Assembly (NCBI RefSeq): GCF_964204645.1
Contig: NC_134027.1
Location: 19,864,560-19,928,559, forward strand
Direction of reading: 5' to 3'
Origin: Tubulanus polymorphus
Taxonomy: Eukaryota > Animalia > Nemertea
DNA: 64,000 nt
Numbering within the stretch: the stretch's first letter is position 1; the number at the start of each line of letters is the position of its first letter. Positions 38,201 through 50,333 of this stretch are shown here, one piece after another. The notes under the pieces were generated by a model. That model ran no database searches. It saw only the letters and a program-made list of their open reading frames with translations, and had not been told where the DNA came from. The translations under genes were made by a program, and so were the position numbers.

Positions 38201-39364
38201 TTCAATCTCAATCAACACAAACACTAAAATGAAACAATACCTATGGCGATATGTGAAATAGTTTTATTCTCACCAGCAACGAACATTTAAAATTCGAACA
38301 TATACAGCACCTAGTCCAATGAAACGTTCGCCATTTATGGCTTTCCCATAATTATTTTAGTAACGCCGAAAACAGCCAATCACATTCGCTCATAGAGACG
38401 ATGCCCCCCAATCGAGGTCATTGCAATTTTATACGCAAGAGCTAAGAATTTTTCCGCCAAAAACAGTTTTTCATTGAATTTAAACAAAGTTGACCATGTC
38501 ATCGACAGAGGTTCGTCATGTCTTCAATCGCATCGATTATACCTCGTTTAACCCGAGAACCAATGAAAAAAATGCTCACATAAAAAAACGTACCGCGATT
38601 TTAGATGAATTGGCTCAATGCCAACCTCATACTGCTGACAAAGGTAAACAAAAAGTTTTCGTATATAACCTAAAATTCGGATTCTTTATAAATTCTAACA
38701 TGTCAATGTTTCAAAATAACTTTCCAGTTATTTTGATTCTTGGTTTGAGACTTCAGTCATCATTGGCAACACATTATGAATATCTACCTTGTCAGTCTTT
38801 TATTTAAAAGGATTCAGTTCTACATATTATCAATAAAGTTCGACTCCGAAGCCAATACTACAGGACCAAGTTCCACAGATCTTTTGCCTCTTTAATTGTT
38901 GATGTTTTACCTGCGAAATCAAATTCTAACCAAAAACTCAGGAACTGGGTCCTGCAGTTCCATTTCACCTATTACAGTAGAAGACAAAACTCAAAACTCT
39001 GGAACAGAGTCCTTAACTACAACAATCTCATTTCGATATAAAAAAAAGTTTAAATAAATTCGTGCAATTTTTTCATACATTTAATATGTATCAATGGCTC
39101 AAACCTGTAAGAACGGTATGGGACTGGGAGGACCCACACCTCCAACCTACTTTTGGGAACCTCTTTTCAAATGTTCATAAATAGAATGGAACTTCATTAT
39201 GATAATTTTCTGGTCCATTCTTAACCCTCCCTCAGCTCCACTTTGATACATGTTCTTACAGGCCTGCAATTGGTATAATACTACACAGATCAAGTAGCCG
39301 GTCTCTTGGATTACTAAGCACGTACATGTACATGTAGGATTATCACATTCCATATCAGTCAGTT

Positions 39365-42300
39365 TTAATCATCTTTCTTATCGCCATCTCCTGCGCCTTC
39401 TAATGTAGCCAATTTCCTCTACAAAAATCAAGATTCTTAAAATTCAAGCATGTTTCATGTTGCAGTAGCATCAGAAAGATCTAGGGCAAGGGAATAACCT
39501 TGATTTCTCAACCAGAAGGGCATCACTCAATTATTCACCCATAAACGTTATCTCAAAAGTAAGGCTCGAGAAGTACCATCGACCAAGAAAATCAGGTCTT
39601 ACAAGAGATTCAAACCCATGGATCATGAAACTCGTAAACGTTCCTTAGCAGGGGCTGCACAATTTAGCTGATTTTGAATTTTTGCATGGATGCCGCTTCC
39701 CCTGTGCAGGGTGGAAAGTCACCTGAGAAGAAAAATTCGAAAAATGAATCCAAAACCACATTGCAAGCGCCGAAGGCGCGAAGCAAATCTGGGGGGTTGA
39801 GGGCCCTCCCCCAGAAAATGTTTTGAAATTAAAAGCGTTTTCCGAGCACTTAGAGCGATCTTAAACCAATCACGAATGATCCATATTTTGAAAAGTAATG
39901 TCTATTTCCAATGCGGTACATCCACATTTCACTAACAATCAACATCTCAAGCAGTATAGGTCGAACCCCTAAATAAGTGAACATTGCGCGCTGCGCACTG
40001 CGCTACCCGAATGACTTGATTGAGTATAGACACTCGAAACACGATGCATATAAGACAATATATACATATGTTTTCTCACTATATGTACTACTACTGGTGG
40101 CTATAAATAGACGTAACCTAACAACCATCAATCGCTCACTCCATGAGGTCACACAGATGCACTTTTCTCGCAATAAATCGCAACAGAAGGAATTTAAATA
40201 CATTTCAAACAAACAGTTTAAGAGTAATCGCTGTGCTGAAATGAATGTCGTCCAGTCTGCGACGCTTTTATGGCCTACCAGTTCCGATAACTTTCTCAGC
40301 GTTTTTAGGCTTTTCAGAAGTAGGGGTCCAGGGACACCAAGCCCACTTGGGAAGTGGTTTCAAATGCTCAACAATCTAACAATTTCAATATTCAACGCCC
40401 CCTGGTGACCATTTACAAAAACCAACGACCTTGAAACTCACCACAATCATAGATACTGTCAGCAGCTACGATTTTGTAATTGATTGTGATAACAAAATAT
40501 GCCTCGTTACCAATTTAATATGGAAATACTAAGTCATTCTACTATTCAACGCCCCCTGGTGACCATATTCAAAACCCAATGACCTCGAAACTCACCACAA
40601 TCATAGAACATGTCATGAACTACAACTTTGCAATTGACCATGGTAACAAAATATGCCTAGGTACCAATATAATAAGGAAATACTAAGTTATTCTACTATT
40701 CAACGCCCCCTGGTGACCATATAGAAAAACTAATGTCCTTAAAACTCGCAACAATCATAGATGATGTCATGAGCTACAACTTTCCAATTGATTGTGGTTA
40801 CAAAATATGCATAGGTACGAATATAATAAAGAAATGCTAAGATATTGTATTATTCAATGCCCCCTGGTGGCCATATACGAAATCCAATTACCTCGAAACT
40901 CACCACAATCATAGAACACGTTATGAGCTACAACTTTCTAATTGATTGTGGTATCAAAATACGCTTAGGTATCAATATAATGTGGAAAAACTTTTTCCCA
41001 CTTACGAATGAGTACTGGTGACACAAAGATGGCCGCCAATTGCGTCATAATTGGCTGATGAAAAATCATCCGATCATCAAAATGATCCGAAATTTCCCTC
41101 AAAAAGTTCAAAAATGTGTAAAAAGTGCTGATTTTGGCGAACATCAATGGCTGCTAGCCGGTCATCTTGATTCTGACCGGGCCAGTTTTTGGGCTGAAGA
41201 TGTGTCTAGGGTAGATACATGTGTAACCCAAATATCAAGACATTACCTTGAAGCGTCTTCAAAACTTCCCAAAATAACTGGATTCCGTCTACGGACGGAT
41301 GGACGACGGACGAAAAGTGAACGCAATAGCCCGCTGGGACTAAAGTCCCAAGTGGGCTAAAAATGACCTAGCCAGACTTTCCTCCCTGCCTGTGGTATCT
41401 TTTTTTGTAATCTTGAGCAACTGAGCACCATTACATTCATGATGATACTAGAGTTCTAAGCATTATTAAATACCATGATAACAAGTTTCAATGTTTAATT
41501 TTTCCTACAAAAGGCTTGGTTATCAATAATCCTAATAAACATAAAACATCCAATTAAACAGCGGTTACAGTGATCGTGGTTGCCATTTTATTATTACCTG
41601 TAAGATTGAATGTTCATCCATTAACCTATCGTATTCTTTATTGGTACTCTGAGCTTGTCTCTGCATTGTTTCCAGATCCATTTTCGAATGGTGCAACTCT
41701 GCAAATGATAAAGAGGTCATCGTTATAACAATGAAGAGTACACAAGATAGAACTGTATTTTGCCTGGGTTTTTAAAATCAAACTAAAAATCAGCGCCATT
41801 GACATTCCTTTTCATTCAGGGCTGAGTTTCATAGGTCTGAGGGAAAAAATCCCAGGGTCGGGTTTTACGAAAAATTCAAATTTTTGTTTTTATTGCAATT
41901 AAGTCCAGAAGTGTGAGTGTGCATAAAAGGTTAAAGCTTGGCAGCAGTCTTTTCTTTAGAAAATAGGAACCTCAGTTTTCAGAAGTGAGAGTGCACTGTT
42001 TTAGCCCACTTAGGACTTACATCCCAGCGCGATATTGTATTCACTTTTCCTCCACTTTCGTCCGTTCATCTCTAGACGGAATCCAGTTATTTTGGGAAGT
42101 TTTGAAGACGCTTCAATGGATTGTCTTGACATTTCACTGATATATGTATCTACCCTAGAAACATTTTCAGCCCAAAAACCCGGCCCGGTGAGAATCAAGA
42201 TGGCCGAATGGCGACCATTGTTGTTTGTAAAATCAGCACTTTTTACACATTTTTAAAGTTTTTAAGAGAAATTTTGAAGACGCTTCAATCAATCATCTTG

Positions 42301-45300
42301 GTATCCTCCAAGGGTCGATCAGCATAAGAAAAATTGGGTAAGACTCAAGTTGGCCATCCCATGACCTTTTTTGAGCCCAAAAAGGTCAATCTTGGCATGA
42401 TGTTCGAGACCTGTAGCTTCCTACTGGTAGGCAATATTCTATTGAAATTTGTGATCGGTATTCTTTGATAAAAGACCTTAGCATATTAGCAGGGTTTTGC
42501 GATCAGTCAATTATCACGCACTTGGCGGCCATCTTAGTGTCATCAGTACTCATTCATACATGGAAAAAAGTTTTTGAGAAAACTATCAATAGGTTTGACT
42601 TGATAGTTGATTATTATTAGAACTGTTATAGGATAAATCACATCACATGGAATATAGGATCACCCAATATTTTGTTAAGTATTGAATCATATACAATTTG
42701 TCTATTCACGTTGGTACCTATGCACATTTTTGTAACCACAATCAATTGTGAAGTTGTAGCTCATGACATCTATGATTGTGGGAAGTTGGTTTTCATTGGT
42801 TTTTGCATATGGTCACCAGGGGCGTAGAAAAGTGGAGTATCTAAGTATCATATTGGCACCTAGGCATATTTTGTTGCGACAATCATTTGAAAAAATTGTA
42901 GCTCATGAAAGTTTTATAATTGTGGCCAGTTTGAAGGTCATTGGTTTTGTAAATGGTCAACAGGGACATTGACTAGCGGAATAACTCAGTATCTCCTTAT
43001 CATATTGATACCTAGACATATTTTGTAACCACAATCAATTGCAAAATATCAGCTCATGACATGTTTTATGATTGTGGTGAGTTTCAAGGTCATTGGTTTC
43101 AGTTTATATTCACCTGGGGGCATTGAATATTAAAATTGTCGGATTTTTTAGCATTTCAAATCACTCACCGAGTGGGCATGGTCTTCCTGGACCCATAGCT
43201 CTATTTTTGTCTTGTTGCCACAGTTTTGACGTTCTTAAGGCGTCAAAAGTGTATAATTGTGATATTCAATGAATTGGACGCTGCTCAATGGAATGAAAAG
43301 GTATTTTTGCTATGTTTTTGAATGCGTTTGATATCCATAAATACTGATATAAATTAACGTGAAAAAAGTAAAATTCTCAGTTTTATCCCAAACTAGGGGC
43401 CAGGGACACCATGCCCACTTGGGAAGTGGTTTCAAATGCTCAACAATCTAACAATTTCAATATATAACGCCCCCTGGTGACCATATACAAAAACCAATGA
43501 CCTTGAAACCCATCACAATCATAGAACATGTCAGCAGCTACGATTTTGTAATTGATTGTGATTACAAAATATGCCTCGTTCCCAATTTATCTGGAAATAC
43601 TAAGTTACTCTACTATTTGACGCCTCTTGGTGACCATATGCAAAACCCAATGACCTTGAAACTCCGCAATCATAGCACATGTCATGTACTACAACTTTGC
43701 AATTGATCACGGTAAAAAAATATGCCTAGGTACCAATCTAATAAGGAAATACTAAGTTATTCTACTATTGAACGCCCCGTGGTGACCAACCATATAGAAT
43801 AACTATTGTCCTTTTAACTCACCACAATCATAGACGATGTCATGAACTATAACTTTGCAATTGATCATGGTAACAAAATATGCCTAGGTACCAATCTAAT
43901 AAGGAAATACTAAGTTATTCTACTATTGAACGCCCCCTGGTGGCCATATAAAATAACTAATGTCCTTAAAACTCTTCAAGATCATAAGAAGATGTCATGA
44001 GCTACAACTTTGCAATTGATTGTGGTAACAAAAAATGGTACAAATATAATACAGAAATACTAAGTTATTGTAATATTCAACGCCCCCTGGTGGCCATATA
44101 CAAAAACCAATGACCTCGAAACTCACGAAAATTATAGAATACGTGATGGGCTACAACTTTCCAATTGATTATAGTAACACAATATGCTTAAGTATCTATT
44201 GAATGTGGAAAAACTTTTTCCCACCTACGAATGAGTACTGATGATACCAAGATGGCCGCCAATTGCGTCATAATTGGCTGATCAAAAATACCTGTTCCAG
44301 GTATAAAACATCCCTTTTCAAAGAATACCCATCACAAATTGCAATGAAAAATGGCAAACCAGTAGGAAGCTACAGGACCCAGAATTCCGGCCAAAATTGA
44401 CATTTTTGGGCACTAAAAAGGTCATAGGACGGCCATCGATCGACCCAATTTTTGTCATGCTGATGGGCCCTTGGTAGATTCAAATAGGGCCTATATACAG
44501 AAGATCAAGGTAATTGATCAAAGCGTCTTCAAAATTTCCCTCAAAAACTTCAAAAATGTGCAAAAAGTGCTGATTTTCGTCGACCATCTTGATTCTGACA
44601 GGACCAGTTTTTGGGCTGAAGATGTGTCTAGGGTAGATACATGTATGAACCAAATATCAAGACATTACCTTGAAGCGTCTTCAAAACTTCCAAAAATAAC
44701 TGGATTCCGTCTACGGACGGACGAACGGACCGACGACGGATGAAAGGTGAATGCAATAGCCTGCTGGGACTTAAGTCCCGAATGTGGGCTAAAAATGCCA
44801 TGTTTATCACAAGTTACTTTCTAGCCATTTTAAGCATAAAGTTTTTCATGAATCCGGACCCTGAATTGTTGAAACTTGTCAATCATTACCATGGTTTCTC
44901 ATTGTTACTATGGCATTTGTTGCCCATATTGAGGATTTACCCCTAAGGGCAACTTTGATACCCAGTCTATGAAACCCGACCCTGATGATTTCATTAGCTA
45001 ATACCTTCACGAGTTTTCTCCAGATCGAGTAGAGCCTGGTCAAGTTCTTTCTTAACATCAGCTACTGATTTCGCAGCATCAACCACATTAGTCATTGCAG
45101 CAGCACCTTTACCGGTATTTTCCTCTATAGCCTGAAATAATTGAAATGGACCCCTTAATCAAAATGATATCCAAATGAAATCTTCTGCATAGGTGACATT
45201 TAAAAATCTAATACATAGGGTTATGCAGCTAGCAATCTGCTGTCTGTGTCCACCAACTCAGGCAATCGACTGCTATCACCATGCTACAAAAACCAGGGAT

Positions 45301-47972
45301 CTACACAAAAGGAATCTAAATTCCTGATATTTCCCACACATTTGACCAAAATTTCATGATTGAATCATAAGGTATCAACGGCGGAGACTGTTTCTTCTCA
45401 TGAGGTTCATTCAGTGTTACTCATCTACAGGCAGCAAGAGCAACAAGACATGAAAATTCAAATTCCTTGGACCCAGTTCCACAGTTCTGAGTAAAGATTT
45501 GTCAAAATCAGCCATGTTCATTTGGTAGACAGAGTCGACCTAAAATCAATTTGGTCTGCCATTCGTTATTAGGGAAACATAGTTGATCAACTCAGATGGC
45601 TGTTTTCCTGGGAGAAAGAGTTAATTCAATCAATAAACCTATAGGCCTACTTACTACTATCACTAATGTTCTCTAAACTTACCGAATTATCTTTGTTTTC
45701 CTTTTCTTCAAGAAGTCGTTTGGCAGTTTCTGAAGCGCTTTTAGCTTGTTTCAGAGCAGCTTCCTGCTGAGCGTTCAACACAGCCGTACTGCAGATTAGT
45801 CCGACCAATCGCTTCAATACCCTAAAAATAATCACAGAATGCAGAACTAGATGAAAGCCAAATTCATAAGGACACCATTCTACCAGAACGTCAATTGTTT
45901 CCAATAGCCGATCTTTCATGTGATAGTGAGCTCCAAGGGGGATGAATATATAGAATTTTTTTCAATCGGGGATCATTCATGGAAATCTTGCATTTTATTT
46001 GATGGCCTAGATGGCATTGGTCACGTGATAAAAGCACATGGCCGAAATACCTTAAACCTATCAAGGCCCAGGAATTTTGCTATGTAGGCCTAGCATCTAT
46101 TACTCCTCAGAAAATTCAAGGGAAAATCCAAATTTATCATTATACAGAATAGCTTATTCAGTTTATTTTCAAGTATTACAAGTTCCTGTTATTTTATAGT
46201 AAACAGTCAAGGCTTTCACATGAGATAAGATTTGATGACGTAGACCACCAAATCGTGTCCTTTTGCCCCCCTACCGAAATTCATCCAAACCTACTTGGAT
46301 TTGAAGTGGGCGCTCAGATATGTCATATTCATCCTCTAAATACTCGAGAATTTAAAATAGGAAGATCTTGATTCCTGTACAGTATTCTGAGGAGTTTGGT
46401 GCCAAGTTAATCAAGCTACTGGGTTCGATTCCCATTATGACAATTTTTGTGCAGCAGACAAAAAAAGTGTCAGGGTGGCATTTGGCGGCTTGAGGAGTAA
46501 TAGGCAGAGTAGATACAAGTGGCTAGATTGCTAATGGGTCAGTATACACTGCGATGCATGAAACATGAAACTATGTAACAGTCGCCTTGGAGAAATAATG
46601 GGCTTTGAAATTTGGATTGGGAGTCAATCATTGTCATCAGGGTTTGGTGATCAGGACAGAATGAAGAATTGACTGGAACAGCAGAAGTCAGCGTAACGTT
46701 TTACTAAGATTATTAATTGAAATATTCTGACTATGAATAATATTTTGCCACAACAGACTGATTACCGCTTCATTTGATATTTGGTGACCGGGTTTTCAAA
46801 TCATTATTTACAGTTCTTAGTTAATTTCATCGCTCAATGTGAAAATGCTAATCATTATCATATTTGGTAAGAATATGATTGTAGTTCATTTCTAGAGATT
46901 GTTGCAATTTGAGTTTTTGTCTCAATTAGTTTTTTTTTTCTTTCTGAACCCACGCCAATACCATCAGCAAGTTGGTTATATACATACGTACGCCTTACAT
47001 TAAAACCATTGCTCGAAGCGTCTTCAAAAATTCTCAGATTTTGGCAAACAATGATGGCCACCAGTCAGCTATCTTGATTCTGATTGGACAAATTTGTTGG
47101 CTCTTTATATGCCTAGGGTAGACATCACGACAATCTTTAAATCACATAAAACCTTGTCTAAATAACTTGATCCTGTCTTCCGATGGATGTCTCATGAAAA
47201 GTGAACACAATAGCCCACTCAGGGGCTATGCCTCAAGTGGGCTAAGAATAAAGTAAATCATTTCTGTAGATAAACCAAGGACAAATCAATTGGAGTTTAA
47301 TTACTCAGACTTTGTCCTGGACTCTGCATACCTTTCAGACACCCGTTACAAAATTAATAGGAGGGCTAGGGACAGCAGGACCTAGACTGGAGATTGATAG
47401 CTGTGATAGTGGGACAGATGTATGAACAACTTACAGCCACAAGAACAGCGCAAAACCAGCAATGTAGAAATTCCTCTGAGCGCGGAAGAGTTTCATATGC
47501 ATCATTGTCTCAGCTTGTGGATGGTGGGCAGCCTCCACGGGGTCGATTGCACTTGAATAATTTCTCACATCACGAATTGCATCTAAAATATAATACAAAA
47601 CTACCAATACTGCCTGTTATCCAGAGAATAACCAATTTTGACCAAGGTGAGTTCTCAATGTTTCTTGTTACATTCACTAAACATACCATGGAACATCTCA
47701 CCCGCAGCCTAAATGGAATAACATGGTTTTTGAAAGAACTCATGCCTAAACAGAACTGAAGAACTTTTTAAGAACTTACCCATGAACAGAATAACGAGAA
47801 TAACGATCAATATGTTGAAATATAAATGAGAGTGACTTTCTAGATTCTTCAGCAGGCGTGATTTGAAGATTTTCTGCCATCTTGCAGCTGAAATCCACGG
47901 CACCAGTAGTAAGATGACGAAGAAGATCTCTGTGTAAAGAAACGTCGCTACAAATGTCCACTGCAATGACAT
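39365..47972 (-). CDS. BCAP31: B-cell receptor-associated protein 31, 253 aa; coding exons 47972-47780, 47582-47435, 45821-45683, 45131-45005, 41698-41598, 39418-39365
   Basis: MSLQWTFVATFLYTEIF..LLL.PWIS..RWQKIFKSRL; DAIR.V; MKLFRAQRNFYIAGFALFL; A.LKQA.SAS; M..QA.ST.KEYDRL..EH; C-terminal KKDD ER-retrieval signal. All introns are GT-AG with consistent phases. Confidence 0.95.
39707..41388. mobile_element. Non-autonomous hAT-like element with 6-bp TSD, in the last BCAP31 intron
   Basis: CCTGTG|CAGGGTGGAAAGTC ... GACTTTCCTCCCTG|CCTGTG; contains HINE copy A. Confidence 0.65.
40320..41362 (-). mobile_element. Helentron/HINE-like element, copy A, with an internal 154-bp satellite
   Basis: Subterminal GCCCAC/GTGGGC, terminal hairpin, A/T-run flank; satellite units start at 40390, 40544, 40698 and 40852. 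Confidence 0.75.
42000..43198 (+). mobile_element. Helentron/HINE-like element, copy B (inverted relative to A and C)
   Basis: TTTTAGCCCACTTAGGACTT...; reverse-complement satellite units; ends GTGGGCATGGTCTTCCTGGACCCATAG. Confidence 0.75.
43393..44794 (-). mobile_element. Helentron/HINE-like element, copy C, with five satellite units
   Basis: AACTAGGGGCCAGGGACACCATGCCCAC start (a CTAG end on the minus strand) and GTGGGCTAAAAA end; unit cores at 43468, 43621, 43773, 43931 and 44081. Confidence 0.78.
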
Positions 47973-48299
47973 CGTGGTCGAGAAACTACAAATAAAGAAG
48001 AAAAAAGATATCATTTTTGAATTAAAGGTTTTTAGTAAGAATGCAGTTAAGGTGTCCAAGGAGTAGTGGTGTCCTATCCAAATGAGTACCAGTAACCAGA
48101 ATGAGTATCAGAATGTTTAGCTGACTGGACTGGGATCAAGAAAAAAGGTATTAGTAAATAATTTGCAACCAGCGAAGTGGTTGATCTTTCTAGTATCTAG
48201 AGGTGTTCAACTATATTCATTTGATAGCTTTCACTCGCATGCAGTTAGAAACTGTCCATAAATAACATCCGCATGAAATAGCTAAATTTTGACACGTTC

Positions 48300-48588
48300 A
48301 TGTTCAAGGAATGTAGAGAGAATCCCACAATTATAACGAAAAAGTCCGAAAATGAAACTTCGAGATAGTAGTTTATTTCAACGTTTCGACTATATCCTAA
48401 CAGTCATCTTCAGGGATAAATTCTCTTCATTATTCCTGAAGATGACTATTAGGATATAGTCGAAACGTTGAAATAAAATACTATCTCGAAGTTTCATTTT
48501 CGGACTTTTTCGTTATAATTGTGGGATTCTCTCTACATCGTGTCAACACGGATATAGTGTTCTATCAATCGTGATGTTCAAGGAATGT
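48300..48588. mobile_element. Penelope-like inverted pLTR remnant with a 15-bp flanking direct repeat
   Basis: About 103-bp near-perfect inverted arms (48311-48413 and 48435-48538), flanked by ATGTTCAAGGAATGT at 48300 and 48574. Confidence 0.75.
48430..48476 (+). ncRNA. Minimal type I hammerhead ribozyme motif (mirror copy on the minus strand at about 48373-48419)
   Basis: ttattc-CTGAAGA-tGACTAt..aTAGTC-GAAAC-GTT-gaaataa: CUGANGA core, stem II, GAAA, palindromic ACGU stem III and a GUU site. Confidence 0.55.
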
Positions 48589-49606
48589 CCACATTCCACT
48601 GAACCCCTCCCCATAGTCCATCAGATAAAAAAGCAATTAAGGACATTGAATATCCAGTCATGCAAAATAATGTTTTTTCATTCAATTAATCATTGACTGT
48701 GGAACACTGTTTGTTATTCCTTACATTATCTTGAAAACACACAGGCCTACAAGTGAACTATTTCTCCTCTTATTTGAAGTAATCATCCATGTAATGCACT
48801 AAGTGATTTGTTCTGGCTTACAGGACCTTAGATGTTGACATCCAACCACCCGTCCCTCCTCATTGTCCACAAAAGCCCAAAGTTCACAAACCCCTCCCCC
48901 TTGACCTCGGATGTCTTATATGGACGGCCCCTTAGAGGTTTGGTTTGGAAATTTCCAGAAAACTCTTAGGGTTCTGGAAGCATTATACAAAATTTGATAT
49001 GGCTGCGTTTTTGCAATTCTGTCAGCAGCTATAATTTTGCAATTTGTCAAATACCAGGCCTGTTGCCGTGGCACTGCTGTAACCGGCTCGTTGTTGTATC
49101 GGCAGGCTGCCTGGGGAATTAGCATTTACACCAGCGGTACAGGATTCCATCCATCAGGAAGAACAAGGCATTTAAACCTTATATGTACAATCTTTATTGC
49201 ATCCCAGAATGAGAATGGTTATCATAACTTTACATAGTCTTTATATACAGAATCGTGAGTATGACGTGAGGACTAGGTGTCAGTCAAGTTGTATACATCA
49301 GGGGCTAGTTGCACAGTCGTGACTTCAGTCCAAAAGTGGTCTTAAATCTTAAGACTAGTCTTAAATTGTTAGATTGGCTGTAGAACTAAGTTGGTCTTAG
49401 ACTGGTCTTAAGTCTAAGCCATAACTATGCAACCGGCCCCGGGACTCACAAACTAACACCTAGTGACATGTTTGAGAGACCTTAATTAATTATCGATGGG
49501 CACTGACTATAGCTAATTATCTATATAGCTAATTAATATTAAACAAGAATAATATCTGCATTGGCATCAATGTCAGTTCAAGTTTAAGTCCGAATCCGTA
49601 ATTTAC

Positions 49607-49645
49607 ACTCCCATCATGCACCATGAAAAGCCGCCATATTTGTTA
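49607..49645 (-). promoter_or_regulatory. Possible BCAP31 TSS / non-coding first exon
   Basis: YY1-like AATATGGCGGC on the minus strand followed by a possible GTAAAT donor at 49606. The first coding exon has an acceptor at 47986-47987, so an upstream exon should exist. Confidence 0.3.
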
Positions 49646-49995
49646 TGTTGCTTCACTTCAACTGTTTTTTGAGGTGACTAGTCAAAAGTTTGAGCTACTA
49701 CGATCATCAAAAGCCACTTAGGATTACAAATTTATGCACAAACAATAGTTAACTTCCATCTGATTAGTCAGTTTGAGGTAAGTTGATGGTGTTTTAAGGG
49801 GTGAAATAGATGCTCAAAGCCTCGTCCCTCAAAATGAGGAATGAAAATTAACCTTATATGAGCACTTTCGCCCTAGACGTTGTTTGAGGAACAACGGCTG
49901 GGTACTAGACTACTGTCTGTCACACCTGCTCTTCGTGCGATGTTTTGATCCGTTATTTCGTTAATAAACTGTTGATTTACCTTTATTATGCATTG

Positions 49996-50333
49996 ATTTG
50001 TTCAGTAAGGAATTTGCATTCAGAATTAAACAACGATTTTCCCTAAAGATGTTTTTGTTTTCATTTATGAGCGATAGTTTACTCAGCATACGATTGCGTA
50101 ATGCTTAAAAATCCGCTCCGCGGACGCTCGGAATCGTTACAGCGACGTCATCAGCTGCTCATTAGCATAACAAAATACAGTAGGTGGCGCCACGTGACGG
50201 GCCGGAAAAGCCGTTTTTCAGCATTACGCGAGCATATGCTAGGTAAACAATCGCTGATACCTAAATGAAAACACAAACAAATTTATGCCAATTCATAATT
50301 TATTTCTGAATGCAAAATCCTTATTGAACAAAT
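49996..50333. mobile_element. Foldback MITE, about 338 bp
   Basis: ATTTGTTCA(G/A)TAAGGA.TTTGCATTCAGAA.TAAA inverted at both ends, with further internal inverted matches (GCGAT.GTTTAC, CGTAATGCT). Confidence 0.7.

Noticed and set aside
38490-38807. Possible plus-strand first exon next to a CCAAT box
   Set aside because: No recognisable domain and no convincing downstream exons before the BCAP31 3' end.
41040-44810. Similar short ORFs (HLDSDR.SFWAEDVSRVDT...) at 41040, 42010 and 44471
   Set aside because: Translations of the same non-coding HINE repeat, not a gene family.
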